A stretch of DNA of 64,000 nt from an uncultured Verrucomicrobiae bacterium. Lineage in GTDB: Bacteria; Verrucomicrobiota; Verrucomicrobiia; Palsa-1439. The DNA lies in assembly GCA_963812605.1 (NCBI GenBank), contig CAWEWF010000001.1, forward strand, positions 160,001 to 224,000. The letters run 5' to 3'. Each line of letters opens with the position of its first letter. Within the stretch, counting starts at the first letter, position 1. The notes under the pieces were generated by a model, which did not search any database, was not told the origin of the DNA, and was given only the letters and a program-made list of their open reading frames with translations. A program made the position numbers and the translations under genes. Below are positions 1-9,073 of this stretch, piece after piece.

Positions 1-1223
1 TAGGAGAAATCGTCATGCGTGCCGGGATATACGAAACTGATCGCGCCGGTGTCGTTCACGTAGTGCCCATTCAGGTCCGTCCAGTGATACTCGTAAACCG
101 CGCCGAGGGTTAGTCGATGCTTGTCGAGCGGCTGCCAGTCAAACTGCGCCTCGTAGCCCAGCCAGCGGTCCAGGGTGTTTTCCGTATCCAACGTCAGCAC
201 AGGATCGGCATAGGCGAACGTGCCGCGGTAGGGATAGTCCTCGTAATAGGCCCGCAACATCAGGGTCTTATTCTCGCTGAGTTCGTGTTGCCAGCGCACC
301 TCGGCCAGATAGTAGGTATCCGCCGTTGTCGTGCGGTCATCGCCGACGATCGTACCGAACTGCCCGGTGGGGATTGTCTTCAGCCGGTCGGCGTACCACA
401 GTTGGACGAACCAGTCCTGATACTGGGCTGACAGGAAAGCGTCCGCCAGGTGCTGCCCGTCCGCGTCGTGTGCCTTGCCAAACTGGCCAAAGCCGATGTT
501 CTGCTGGCCTTCGTTTTCTTCGTAGTGCCCGCTCATCATCAAATCGAGACCCATCGGGAACTTGCTGCCATAGGTGAACACGCCGCGCCCGGATGGATTC
601 GAGTCCACCGCGGCTGATACCGTGGCTCCGTTAACGTCAGCGCCGTTGCGGGTGATGATATTGACGATGCCAAACAACGCGCTGCTGCCGTACAGCGCCG
701 ACGCGGGACCTTTGATGACTTCGATGCGGTCCACGGCATCCAGCAGATCCGGTGTTTCCTCGATGACGTATGAGTCGTAATACTTGTCATTGAGCGGCTG
801 CCCGTTCAGCAGAAACAACACCCGGCTGTTGTAGTCGGTGGGAAGGCCCAGTCCGCGCACGCCTACGTACCCGTAACCGCGATCATCCGAGATGAAAAAC
901 CCCGGCACGCTCGCCAATGCCTGCCCCAGCGTGCGATAACCATATTTCTGGATATCGTCATGGGTAATGACCGTCACAGCCGCGGGCGCCTCCGAAACTG
1001 TTTGCACGCGTCGGGACGCCGCATAGACCGGGATGTTGATCTCGAGCAGTTGCTTGAGATTGAGTTCGCCAAGTTCGTTGGTTGAAACGCTCCCGTCAGC
1101 GCTGACGGCCGGCCGTGTGATCCCCAGAAACAAAACGCATACACTCACAACGGTTGTCCCCCATAGCCCACGGCGATTGCTCCCCTTACAAAAACTACTG
1201 GCGTTATGATGTCTCAGGCCCAC
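1..1223 (-). CDS. TonB-dependent receptor, N-terminal part (runs off the window)
   Basis: Manual translation of an open minus frame: signal-like N-terminus, then plug motifs ELNLKQLLEI, EAPAAVTVITHDDIQKYGYRTLGQAL, RIEVIKGPASALYGSSALFGIVNIITR. GTG start at 1223 is uncertain. Confidence 0.9.
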   Translation of the reverse strand, partial: MGLRHHNASSFCKGSNRRGLWGTTVVSVCVLFLGITRPAVSADGSVSTNELGELNLKQLLEINIPVYAASRRVQTVSEAPAAVTVITHDDIQKYGYRTLGQALASVPGFFISDDRGYGYVGVRGLGLPTDYNSRVLFLLNGQPLNDKYYDSYVIEETPDLLDAVDRIEVIKGPASALYGSSALFGIVNIITRNGADVNGATVSAAVDSNPSGRGVFTYGSKFPMGLDLMMSGHYEENEGQQNIGFGQFGKAHDADGQHLADAFLSAQYQDWFVQLWYADRLKTIPTGQFGTIVGDDRTTTADTYYLAEVRWQHELSENKTLMLRAYYEDYPYRGTFAYADPVLTLDTENTLDRWLGYEAQFDWQPLDKHRLTLGAVYEYHWTDLNGHYVNDTGAISFVYPGTHDDFS

Positions 1224-2290
1224 GCAAATCCCAGATCCAGTGATTGGCGCAATGCCAGCCACGAGTGGTAAGCCTTCGGGGCAACCCGCGATTCCAGGAC
1301 GGTTCAAGATTCTGTAACCTCCGGGGCAACCCCCTTCTTTCTTTCCGGCGGAGATGACCTCACAGCGTTGTAGTAGCTTCGTTTCGTTTATGACGTGACT
1401 AGAACTAGCAGGACACAGACCAAAATAGGCTGGGCGATATAGGGTGTTCACCCCATGGTAGATTTCAGGAATCCAGCCTGAAAGTATGTCAGCGTGGCCA
1501 TGGACTTGGAGTAGGAGCGAGAGAGATACCAAGCCGACAAGAAACACGAACTCTACCTCGCCGGTGGATTGACGGTGCCCAGTTCACGGAACGCTACCAA
1601 CCTTTAGATGATAGGAAACGCTAGATTGAGGAAGAGCTTCTTTAAGTTGAAGCGGAGGCTGACCTGATTATGGACGGTGTTACGAGCACTAATGACTGGT
1701 CTTTGACTCAGTTGGCCATGTCATGGCCCCCGCGCTGTCAGGCAGTTCGGCTGAACATCCACAGGCAACTGAGAAATAATATTAACCCAATCAACACCAC
1801 CAAGCCTTTCTGGGAGCGAATGTCCAGAGTCGAAGTTAGGTTTGGAAAAACACGCAGCAAGCGGTTGTATCGGGTACTCTCGGATTTGCCTTGCACTCGG
1901 TTCCTACAAGCGATCACCCAAGCCAGAGCGATCAGTCGCTTCTCGGTGCGGGTATATGCGGCTAGGTCAGAATTTCCGGACTTCTTTGTTGTTGCCATAC
2001 GGCTTTCTCCCCACCCGCGTTTCACTTTGAGGACCCGCCCTTCTTGAGGCGTATTGCGCACGCAAGTATGACCATTTCTGAAAAACTGTCAATCTAACAA
2101 TCGTCCTGCAAGGCATATTTTTACTGCCTTAACAGCCGATGCGCTGCCACAGCCCAGAATCCATAACAACGATTCCGGGCAGTTCGCGCCTTGCCCACCG
2201 CTGCCGAATGGCGTTTAGCGCAACCAGATTTGAGCCAATGGACTTTCGCGGTTGTTGGCGGTAGACTTTAAAAAGAAAGAGAGGTTGTCG

Positions 2291-2527
2291 ATGAAGAATC
2301 CTACCGAAGAACAAGTCAGGAAACGCGCTTATGAAATTTATATGAGACAGGAAAACCACGGAAAAGACGTGGACAACTGGCTGGAGGCCGAACGCGAACT
2401 CAAGCTAATGCCAGAAGTTGACGCACCAGAAGCAACCGTTGCAAAACGAGAATCGACTAGAGGGGGGGAAGATGTGAACGCCACAGTCAGTTCGGGACGG
2501 AAGGAAGAATTCAAAAAAGGGTTCTGA
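2291..2527 (+). CDS. DUF2934-like small protein
   Basis: EEQVRKRAYEIY..DNWLEAEREL motif; GAGG before ATG 2291. Confidence 0.8.
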   Translation: MKNPTEEQVRKRAYEIYMRQENHGKDVDNWLEAERELKLMPEVDAPEATVAKRESTRGGEDVNATVSSGRKEEFKKGF

Positions 2528-2825
2528 CAGGCTGAACTTTGCTTCGATTGCGAATACCCGCGACTATAAAGGGGATCAGAGGCAAACCACGCCAAAGCCA
2601 CACAACTTTTCGTGTAAATGCGACGACAGCGAAGCCAAGCGCAGCGTGTAGCGGATGGTCAACTGGACACTACTCTCGATGATTCCCGCCGCGATGGCAT
2701 AGCGGGTGAGACCGGAGATCTCGTGGATGTTGAGTTTTGCCATGACCGAAGACGCGCCCTAGTCCACTCGGGTAAACTCCGCGACTGCCGTTGCCAAATC
2801 GCATCCCTGCTGGTTTACTGCGGCG

Positions 2826-3560
2826 ATGCAGTTGAGTCTTTTCAAGAGCCTGCACCCAAAGCGCCCGTGCGTGCCTGCGGTGCTGACAGTCGGCTCGCAT
2901 TCGGTGAGCGTCCTCTTCGTCCGCAATCCCCGCGCCCGTCGGTACATCCTCCGCATCGACCTAACTGGCGCGGTGCGGGTCACACTCCCAACACGCGGTT
3001 CACAGGCGGAAGCGTGGAATTTCGTGCGCCGCAAAACCGGGTGGATCAAGGAACGCATCGAGCAACACCTGACGCAGCCGCCGCGTCCGACAATCTGGGG
3101 CCACGGTACCGAGTTGCTCTTCCGCGAGGACATTGTACAACTGGCAATTCACTCCAACGCTCAAAGCAAGGCCGTTGAGTTCGCCGACCAGCGGATCGAT
3201 GTCGCGTCGGAAGCCGATGCGCGTTGCGTGGTGGAGAGGCACTTATGGAGTCTTGCACGGCAGGAGTTGACTGTCCGCACGACTGAATTGGCTTCGGAAC
3301 ACGGTTTGATGGTGAAGCACATCACGGTTCGCAATCAGAGGTCGCGCTGGGGATCCTGTTCCCGCCGTGGAACCATCTCCTTGAACTGGCGATTGATTCA
3401 GGCACCTGCGTATGTTCGCGACTACATCATCCTACACGAATTGATGCACCTGCGGGAACACAACCATTCGAGCAAATTCTGGAAGCAGGTCGAAACGGTG
3501 TGTCCTGATTACGAGGTCGCGGAGAAGTGGCTGAGACAGCATCGGCAATTGCTGGGATAG
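2826..3560 (+). CDS. M48/YgjP (DUF45)-like metallopeptidase
   Basis: RNQRSRWGSCS, DYIILHELMHLREHNHS (HExxH). Confidence 0.9.
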   Translation: MQLSLFKSLHPKRPCVPAVLTVGSHSVSVLFVRNPRARRYILRIDLTGAVRVTLPTRGSQAEAWNFVRRKTGWIKERIEQHLTQPPRPTIWGHGTELLFREDIVQLAIHSNAQSKAVEFADQRIDVASEADARCVVERHLWSLARQELTVRTTELASEHGLMVKHITVRNQRSRWGSCSRRGTISLNWRLIQAPAYVRDYIILHELMHLREHNHSSKFWKQVETVCPDYEVAEKWLRQHRQLLG

Positions 3561-3618
3561 ATGTCACCCCGTCAACGCCCCTAGACAGGCAATCTGATGG
3601 CGTGGTAAAAACACCCCA

Positions 3619-3825
3619 ATGAAAAACAAAGCCCTCCATAGAGAACTAAAGAAAGAACGGAAATCACTGCTGATAAGACTCGCTAAGGTCACCGGAATAA
3701 TCCAGGAACTGTTCGGTCCGAGCGAGTCCCCCAAGAAACGAAAGAAGATGTCAGCAAAGGGTCGGGCGGCAATCGTTAAGGCGCAGCGTGCGCGGTGGGC
3801 GAAGATCAAAGCCGCCAAGAAGTAG
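3619..3825 (+). CDS. small basic putative DNA-binding protein
   Basis: Helical N-terminus plus KKRKKMSAKGRAAIVKAQRARWAKIK basic tail. Confidence 0.7.
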   Translation: MKNKALHRELKKERKSLLIRLAKVTGIIQELFGPSESPKKRKKMSAKGRAAIVKAQRARWAKIKAAKK

Positions 3826-3891
3826 CCCAAGGCGTGAAATGCTTCGGGATTTCATCGAGTGGCGTGCGCCCAAGGTGGGTGAAGGTAGTGC

Positions 3892-4083
3892 ATGAATCAA
3901 CGTACGACACTGCTGACCTGCAAATGCCTCGGTTGTCGAACTGAAATTACCAAACCAGTTTCATGGTTTAAGAAGGTTAACTTCAAATGTCCACACTGTG
4001 ATGGGCTAATTGACGAAACGCCGCTCAAGGAATTATCTACGCATGGCGCAGCGAGCCTTAAAGTGGGGGTGCGTAGGATATGA
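3892..4083 (+). CDS. small zinc-ribbon-like hypothetical protein
   Basis: CKCLGC...CPHC; SD-like GAAGG; stop overlaps next ATG (ATGA). Confidence 0.5.
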   Translation: MNQRTTLLTCKCLGCRTEITKPVSWFKKVNFKCPHCDGLIDETPLKELSTHGAASLKVGVRRI

Positions 4084-4622
4084 ACGAACGCACAATCCTG
4101 ATCAACCGCGCCCCAGTCTTGACCCTTTGGGCAAGTATTCTTGCCGAGCGTCTTGGGTTCGACCGTAACGAAGCGCTGTCGCTTGGCAAGGCCGTTGCGG
4201 GCATGACCGCGCAGAGTAAAGGTAGAAAGCTCGGCATCTATAAGCCAATGCCGAAGGAGATCAAAAAGGCACGGGCACAAAAACGAGGCGAGGAGTTCCT
4301 CATTGAGATTTGCGGAAGACCCGTGCCTGCCATTAACACAGCCGACGGCGTCCGTGCTGTAAACAAGAACAAACCCGTCGAGCCCGAAGGCGCAGAACGA
4401 TACTTGGAAAGCAAATTTGGCAACGAACTTGGTGCGGCCCGAAAAGCGATGCAGGCTCTCGCTAAAGCCTTCAAGCCGGGCGAGCTAACGGAAAAATCGT
4501 TCCGACTGTACGAACAGTTCCGCCCATCAATCCCGGAAGGCGTCGCTGGGTGGGGTGCAAAAGGGAAATTGGATCTTGATCGGATTGGAAGGTTGGCATG
4601 CAAATCGAATCCGATCTCATGA
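4080..4622 (+). CDS. conserved hypothetical protein
   Basis: 180-aa ORF with INRAPVLTLWA and LYEQFRP..GWGAKG segments; AGGA before start. Confidence 0.75.
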   Translation: MNERTILINRAPVLTLWASILAERLGFDRNEALSLGKAVAGMTAQSKGRKLGIYKPMPKEIKKARAQKRGEEFLIEICGRPVPAINTADGVRAVNKNKPVEPEGAERYLESKFGNELGAARKAMQALAKAFKPGELTEKSFRLYEQFRPSIPEGVAGWGAKGKLDLDRIGRLACKSNPIS

Positions 4623-4823
4623 CCAAGGCCTCGGCTATCTGCAGAGCGGCGACAAGCCTCCGCGATGTCATCGCACACCGATGTTGAGCCCGTAGGCCAC
4701 GATCCACCATGACCGCTACGATGCCCGCCACGCTTCGCCAGAAGCCGACAGGGGCACGATTGCGTCGCCGAAGAGAAACCCCATCTGCGCCGAAATCGAG
4801 TGCAAGAAATTCTGAGCCGAACG

Positions 4824-4847
4824 TGTTGCAATGTTTTGTTGCAATGT
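4824..4847. repeat. tandem 11-bp direct repeat, putative integrase arm-type sites of the left element
   Basis: TGTTGCAATGT at 4824 and 4837 (13-bp period), ~130 bp from the tRNA half. Confidence 0.55.
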
Positions 4848-4974
4848 CGTGACTGAATTTGAGTAGTTTCAGGCAAACGCAAGTAAAGCTTGAAGATGAA
4901 GAAAACCCGCAGGTCTATTGGTTTTGTTGATTCAAGCGAAGACGAGCAAACACAGGCTAAGAATGTCGGCGGGA

Positions 4975-5015
<41 letters not shown>

Positions 5016-5043
5016 TCAATGTCTTACAAAAGATTTTCAACCC

Positions 5044-5067
5044 GCTTATCACCCAAACCTGTCACCC
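5044..5067. repeat. arm-type site pair, left end
   Basis: GCTTATCACCCAAACCTGTCACCC; 22/24 identical to 19267-19290; internal T(A/G)TCACCC with 13-bp period. Confidence 0.7.
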
Positions 5068-5101
5068 GACGCCCGGGACGGGCGCTCTTGTATAATGCTC
5101 C

Positions 5102-5230
5102 GTGAAGCCCGGAACTGTCAAACGCGGGGACTGGAAACAGGCGTTAAAGCGCGTCGGGGACAACCTGTATCGTTCCGACGCGACTGAAATCTACTATGCC
5201 ATCTTCAAGCGGAACGGCAAGCAGATACCC
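5102..5230 (+). pseudogene. tyrosine integrase N-terminal fragment
   Basis: KRVGDNLYRSDATEIYYAIFKRNGKQI resembles integrase N-terminal domains; TATAAT just upstream; no catalytic domain follows. Confidence 0.65.
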
Positions 5231-5428
5231 AAGCTGGATCTCCTCGGCGGTCCGCGCGTTGGCGATGGCTGCTCGCCCACCGCGTCCACCGGCCGTTTGT
5301 CCTTCTTGGTCATCCCGGCCACGAACCGCCTGCTGGCCGCATTCGGGACCGGAATCGAGGTGTCGCCAGACTGAGGGGCACGGATTCAAATTGCGCGGCG
5401 ATGCGGGGGCGGATTGTCCAAGGCGGAA

Positions 5429-6025
5429 TCATTGCTTCGTCTGATCGTAAGTCACGAGATGTGATTCGTCCGCGAGGAATCGTTTCACGTCCTCGTCGCT
5501 TAGATGCGGATCGTTCTTTGCCATTACCTTCGCCAAGGACTCGAAGCCCGAAAACCAGTCCTCGCTCAGGTTGCGCTTCCGTACGTCGTCGGCGTACGGC
5601 TTGCATGCGATCCACCAGCGATCCACATAAAAGCCCAGTTGCCCACCCACCAAGTCCCGGTCTATCAGGTCACGGCTGAAGAGAGCACCGATGTCATCGA
5701 AGGTGTCCAACACCGTCGTGTCGATTTCGTCGAATTTTTTTGGGTCGTACTGTGGGGTTAGTTGTTTCGCCAACATCCGCCTGGCACGCTTCATTTCATC
5801 AGAGTCAAATCGTTGTTGAATCTCCAGCCAGGTCTGCACGCCGAGTTGGGTTGCGCTCGCCTCCTTGGAGTCCAGGGCCATCTGATGGGTCTCGCTAACC
5901 ATGTTGCGCGTCTCCGCCGCCATCCGGTGGTTCTCCAGCGCCAACCAGATCGTCGCCGCGGCAAGGATAATGGTAGCGATTTCGAGAGTGTACTCGAAAA
6001 TCCACGAAGACCCGCGTTGCTTCAT
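5429..6025 (-). CDS. membrane-anchored hypothetical protein (DUF4760-like)
   Basis: N-terminal TM helix; RFDSDEMKRAR, VLDTFDDIG, FSGFESLA segments. Confidence 0.65.
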   Translation of the reverse strand: MKQRGSSWIFEYTLEIATIILAAATIWLALENHRMAAETRNMVSETHQMALDSKEASATQLGVQTWLEIQQRFDSDEMKRARRMLAKQLTPQYDPKKFDEIDTTVLDTFDDIGALFSRDLIDRDLVGGQLGFYVDRWWIACKPYADDVRKRNLSEDWFSGFESLAKVMAKNDPHLSDEDVKRFLADESHLVTYDQTKQ

Positions 6026-6114
6026 AACGAGAAGTCTACTGACCTGCGTCTACGTTGGCAAGACATCGAACGAACCACGTCACCGTACGGGCGACAACGC
6101 GTTCGGGCGCTTCG

Positions 6115-6813
6115 CTACTTCGCATTCGCTTCACGGGCGGCCTTCAACAACTCTGTAGCACTCAGTCGCACCTTGTAATTCGGGTCCCAGTGCGCAAAGG
6201 CAATGCGCCCGTTCTTGCCCACAATGTATACTGCCGGCACTGGCAACCAAAAATGCCCTTCGTATTGCGCGGTGAGCGGGACCTTGTAGTTCCTATACTT
6301 CTCAAGCGTCGCATCGTCCAAACCATAGGCCAGGCCGAAAGCTCCCGTGGCCTGCATGTCTGCATCCGAGAGGAGCGTATACTCCAAGTGGTCGTGATCC
6401 GCCGTGGCGCGAAGTGCCGCTACTGGGTCTGGACTGATCGCGACAATGCGATACCCAAGCGCGAGTAAATCCTTCTCGGCTTTCTGCACGTCCGCCAGGT
6501 GCGCATTGCAAAAGGGACACCATCCGCCACGATAAAAGATAACGACAGTGGGCTGCGCCAATGTTTCAGCCTTGAGGGCAAACTTCTTTCCGTCAACTGT
6601 CTGAAGTGTGACATCCGGCACCGCCGCGCCCTTGTCAAGCGGGTGTACCTTCTCGGGCGACTCAGCCAATTCCGCACGCCCCATTAATGGGACCAGTGCA
6701 ATTGCGCCGACGCCGGCCGATGCTTCCCCAGCCGATTCCGCTCGCCCCATTAACGGCAACAGCGCAACTGCGACAATTATAGAAATTAATACACAACGGT
6801 TCATGATAAACAT
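6115..6813 (-). CDS. exported AhpC/TSA (peroxiredoxin-like) protein
   Basis: FYRGGWCPFC, VAISPD, LPVPAVYIV; signal peptide; AAGGA before ATG 6813. Confidence 0.9.
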   Translation of the reverse strand: MFIMNRCVLISIIVAVALLPLMGRAESAGEASAGVGAIALVPLMGRAELAESPEKVHPLDKGAAVPDVTLQTVDGKKFALKAETLAQPTVVIFYRGGWCPFCNAHLADVQKAEKDLLALGYRIVAISPDPVAALRATADHDHLEYTLLSDADMQATGAFGLAYGLDDATLEKYRNYKVPLTAQYEGHFWLPVPAVYIVGKNGRIAFAHWDPNYKVRLSATELLKAAREANAK

Positions 6814-6972
6814 ATCCTTTCGATGCTTCCATGCTTGGCCCGATTCCATAGAATGTCCTGCAATCTCCTGCTCCCAGGAAGTACGGACGCTATCGGGCGC
6901 CTCGGGCTTCGTGATCGGCTTCAAAGTGCTGCGAAGTCGCACATCACTTCGCGTCTGCACAATGAGCTTATT

Positions 6973-7510
6973 TCATTTGGGGACTCTTTCCGGTATGGTT
7001 ATAAAGCGTCGCTCATTTTTCGCCCCTTGCATACCCGTTTCCGTTTCACGACGGCGGCGGAGTTTCCCAACCAATCCGTCCGCCGAAAACTTGCCGGGGC
7101 CAAAAACCAGCACGAGCACCGAGGTCAGTAGAAACAAGAATTCGTCCGCGGACAAAAAGGCATCGGGTTTGCTAAAGATGTTCTTCACGGTGTCCGTATC
7201 CGCCGTGAGATAGGCCACGATCATGACGCAAATCAACGGAATCGTCATGATGCGCGACCCCAATCCAAGAAGTAGCAGGAGGCCGCCAAAGCATTCCGTA
7301 CTGCCAGCCAATGCGGCGTTCAGTTTGGGCATGGGGATGTGCAGCGTCGCGAAGTAGCCGGCGATCTTCTCCAAATGCATCAGTTTGCCCTTGCCTGTTT
7401 GGAAGAATTGCCAGCCGAAATACAGCCGCAAGGATCAACAGCAACGGCGATTGGAGCTTCGCGAGCAAGCCCAAATAAATGTCATACATACCAGCCAACT
7501 TTGCTTTCAT
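6973..7510 (-). CDS. DoxX family membrane protein, frameshift near 7433
   Basis: LQSPLLLI (one frame) continues as RLYFGWQFFQTGKGKL..GPGKFSAD (another frame). Confidence 0.85.
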
Positions 7511-7776
7511 GTGTTTGCCTCCTGAAGGATTACATGAATGTGGTTATGCGTTCCGCGCGCGCGTCTCATCGAGAAAGGCTCTGCTGTTCCGGTCTCGGCT
7601 TTGCACCACTCGCGTAGGAAAGTTGCCAGTTCACGTTCGGACCGGCGGATGCGTGTCACAATGAGTCGCTCGGGATCATCGCGAAATATCTCCTTCGGTG
7701 CTTCGTCCCATCCGAAACTCTCGTACAATCTTGAAGTGTAATTGGCGTGATCATGGGTCACTTCCTGCCTGGACAT
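7507..7776 (-). CDS. hypothetical protein coupled to the sigma gene
   Basis: TGATG overlap with the sigma stop and ATGA overlap with doxX start. Confidence 0.5.
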   Translation of the reverse strand: MSRQEVTHDHANYTSRLYESFGWDEAPKEIFRDDPERLIVTRIRRSERELATFLREWCKAETGTAEPFSMRRARGTHNHIHVILQEANT

Positions 7777-8477
7777 CAGGTGGCGCAAAACTCCGTGAAC
7801 GCCGCCGCGGTTTCGGCAAATCGAGGGCGGGCCTCGATGTACGGTGACAATTCTTTCCGCAAGATCAGCCGCGCCCGGTGGAGCCGGCTCTTCACGGCTG
7901 GAACACCTTCGTGTGTAAGTTCCGCGATCGCGGCCAGGGAAAGTCCCTCCACGTCCGCCAGGATCACGGTTGTGCGGTGAGATTCGGACAGCGAGTCGAT
8001 CGCTCGGCGCATGTGTTCGCCCAGTTCACTCTGCAGTAACGCCGCATCAGGGCGTTCATCATGATTGTCTTGCACGATGAAATCGGGGTTTTCAAAGCTA
8101 TCGAGGGAAACGAACTGGCGCAAACCCCGCTGTTTGCGAAGTTGCATCAATGCGGCGTTTGCGGTGACTCGATACAGCCATGTCCCCAACTTGGCCTGGC
8201 CTCGATACGTGTCGACCTTGTTCCAGACGGCGATGAGGGCGTCCTGTACGACTTCTCGCGCGCCATCCTCGCTCCGCATAAAACGCATGGCCACGCTGTA
8301 CATCATGGAGCCGTGTCGTTCCAACAAATCGGGCAAAGCCGTCTTGTCGCGCATCCTGAGCCGACCTGCCAGTGCGCCATCATTATCGACGGATGGTTTT
8401 GATTCGACACGCTCCATGAACATGGCTCCCTGTATCTTTGGAACTTTCTCGACGGATTTGATGGTGCTACCTGCCAT
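7776..8477 (-). CDS. ECF sigma factor (A)
   Basis: AREVVQDALIAVW, TWLYRVTANAAL, AVKSRLHRARL. Confidence 0.92.
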   Translation of the reverse strand: MAGSTIKSVEKVPKIQGAMFMERVESKPSVDNDGALAGRLRMRDKTALPDLLERHGSMMYSVAMRFMRSEDGAREVVQDALIAVWNKVDTYRGQAKLGTWLYRVTANAALMQLRKQRGLRQFVSLDSFENPDFIVQDNHDERPDAALLQSELGEHMRRAIDSLSESHRTTVILADVEGLSLAAIAELTHEGVPAVKSRLHRARLILRKELSPYIEARPRFAETAAAFTEFCAT

Positions 8478-8491
8478 TGCGGTGTTCCTTG

Positions 8492-8794
8492 TTACATCGG
8501 CGCGAGTTCAACCGCTGTTGTGCGCACCGCAAGAATCGCGACCCTGGTATTGTAGAGCGCCACCGAAGCCGGTTGCACTTCAGGCGGAATAACTCTCTGG
8601 CGAACCCCCAGCAATGAAATCTTTGCAGATTGGTCCCGGGGAGACTCTGTCGGTGCTGGCGACGCAGTCTCGGTCACGGAGAACCCGATCAATGCCGTCC
8701 GTGTGTTATAACACATAGCCTCGCGCGCCTGGGTTGTCCGGCTCACTGCACCAAAAGCCAGACCTGCAACTATGATCAAGATTGAGCGTTTCAT
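8492..8794 (-). CDS. small secreted hypothetical protein
   Basis: Signal peptide MKRSILIIVAGLAFGA; strong SD AAGGAG. Confidence 0.6.
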   Translation of the reverse strand: MKRSILIIVAGLAFGAVSRTTQAREAMCYNTRTALIGFSVTETASPAPTESPRDQSAKISLLGVRQRVIPPEVQPASVALYNTRVAILAVRTTAVELAPM

Positions 8795-8837
8795 TTTGTT
8801 CTCCTTTGTGGTTTTGGGTGATTCATATGCTCGGAGA

Positions 8838-8866
8838 TTGGTCGGTGAGTCCGCGCGAACCTTACA
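8838..8866 (-). promoter_or_regulatory. ECF-type promoter copy 1
   Basis: TGTAAG-N16-CGACCAA upstream of the 8794 operon. Confidence 0.7.
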
Positions 8867-9073
8867 GTCTTTGCTTCATATGTTTCACACGGCTGGCAAC
8901 CAGCGCAGCGTGTTCGCGGGCAATCAGGAAGACGCCCGCCACCATAGTTAACAATTGTTAAAAGCAGGGTGCGGCGGTGACGATTTTCGGTTTGCTTCAG
9001 CCAGCGTACAGGCTTAGCCTAGGCGTGTGGTCGGCTTGTCAGGCAACATCCCCATGAACAGGCACTTCTACTG

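Noticed and set aside
1224-1500. Cobalamin or c-di-GMP riboswitch before the TonB receptor
   Set aside because: Core consensus elements not recognisable by eye
1670-2250. Short overlapping ORFs
   Set aside because: No recognisable motif and conflicting frames
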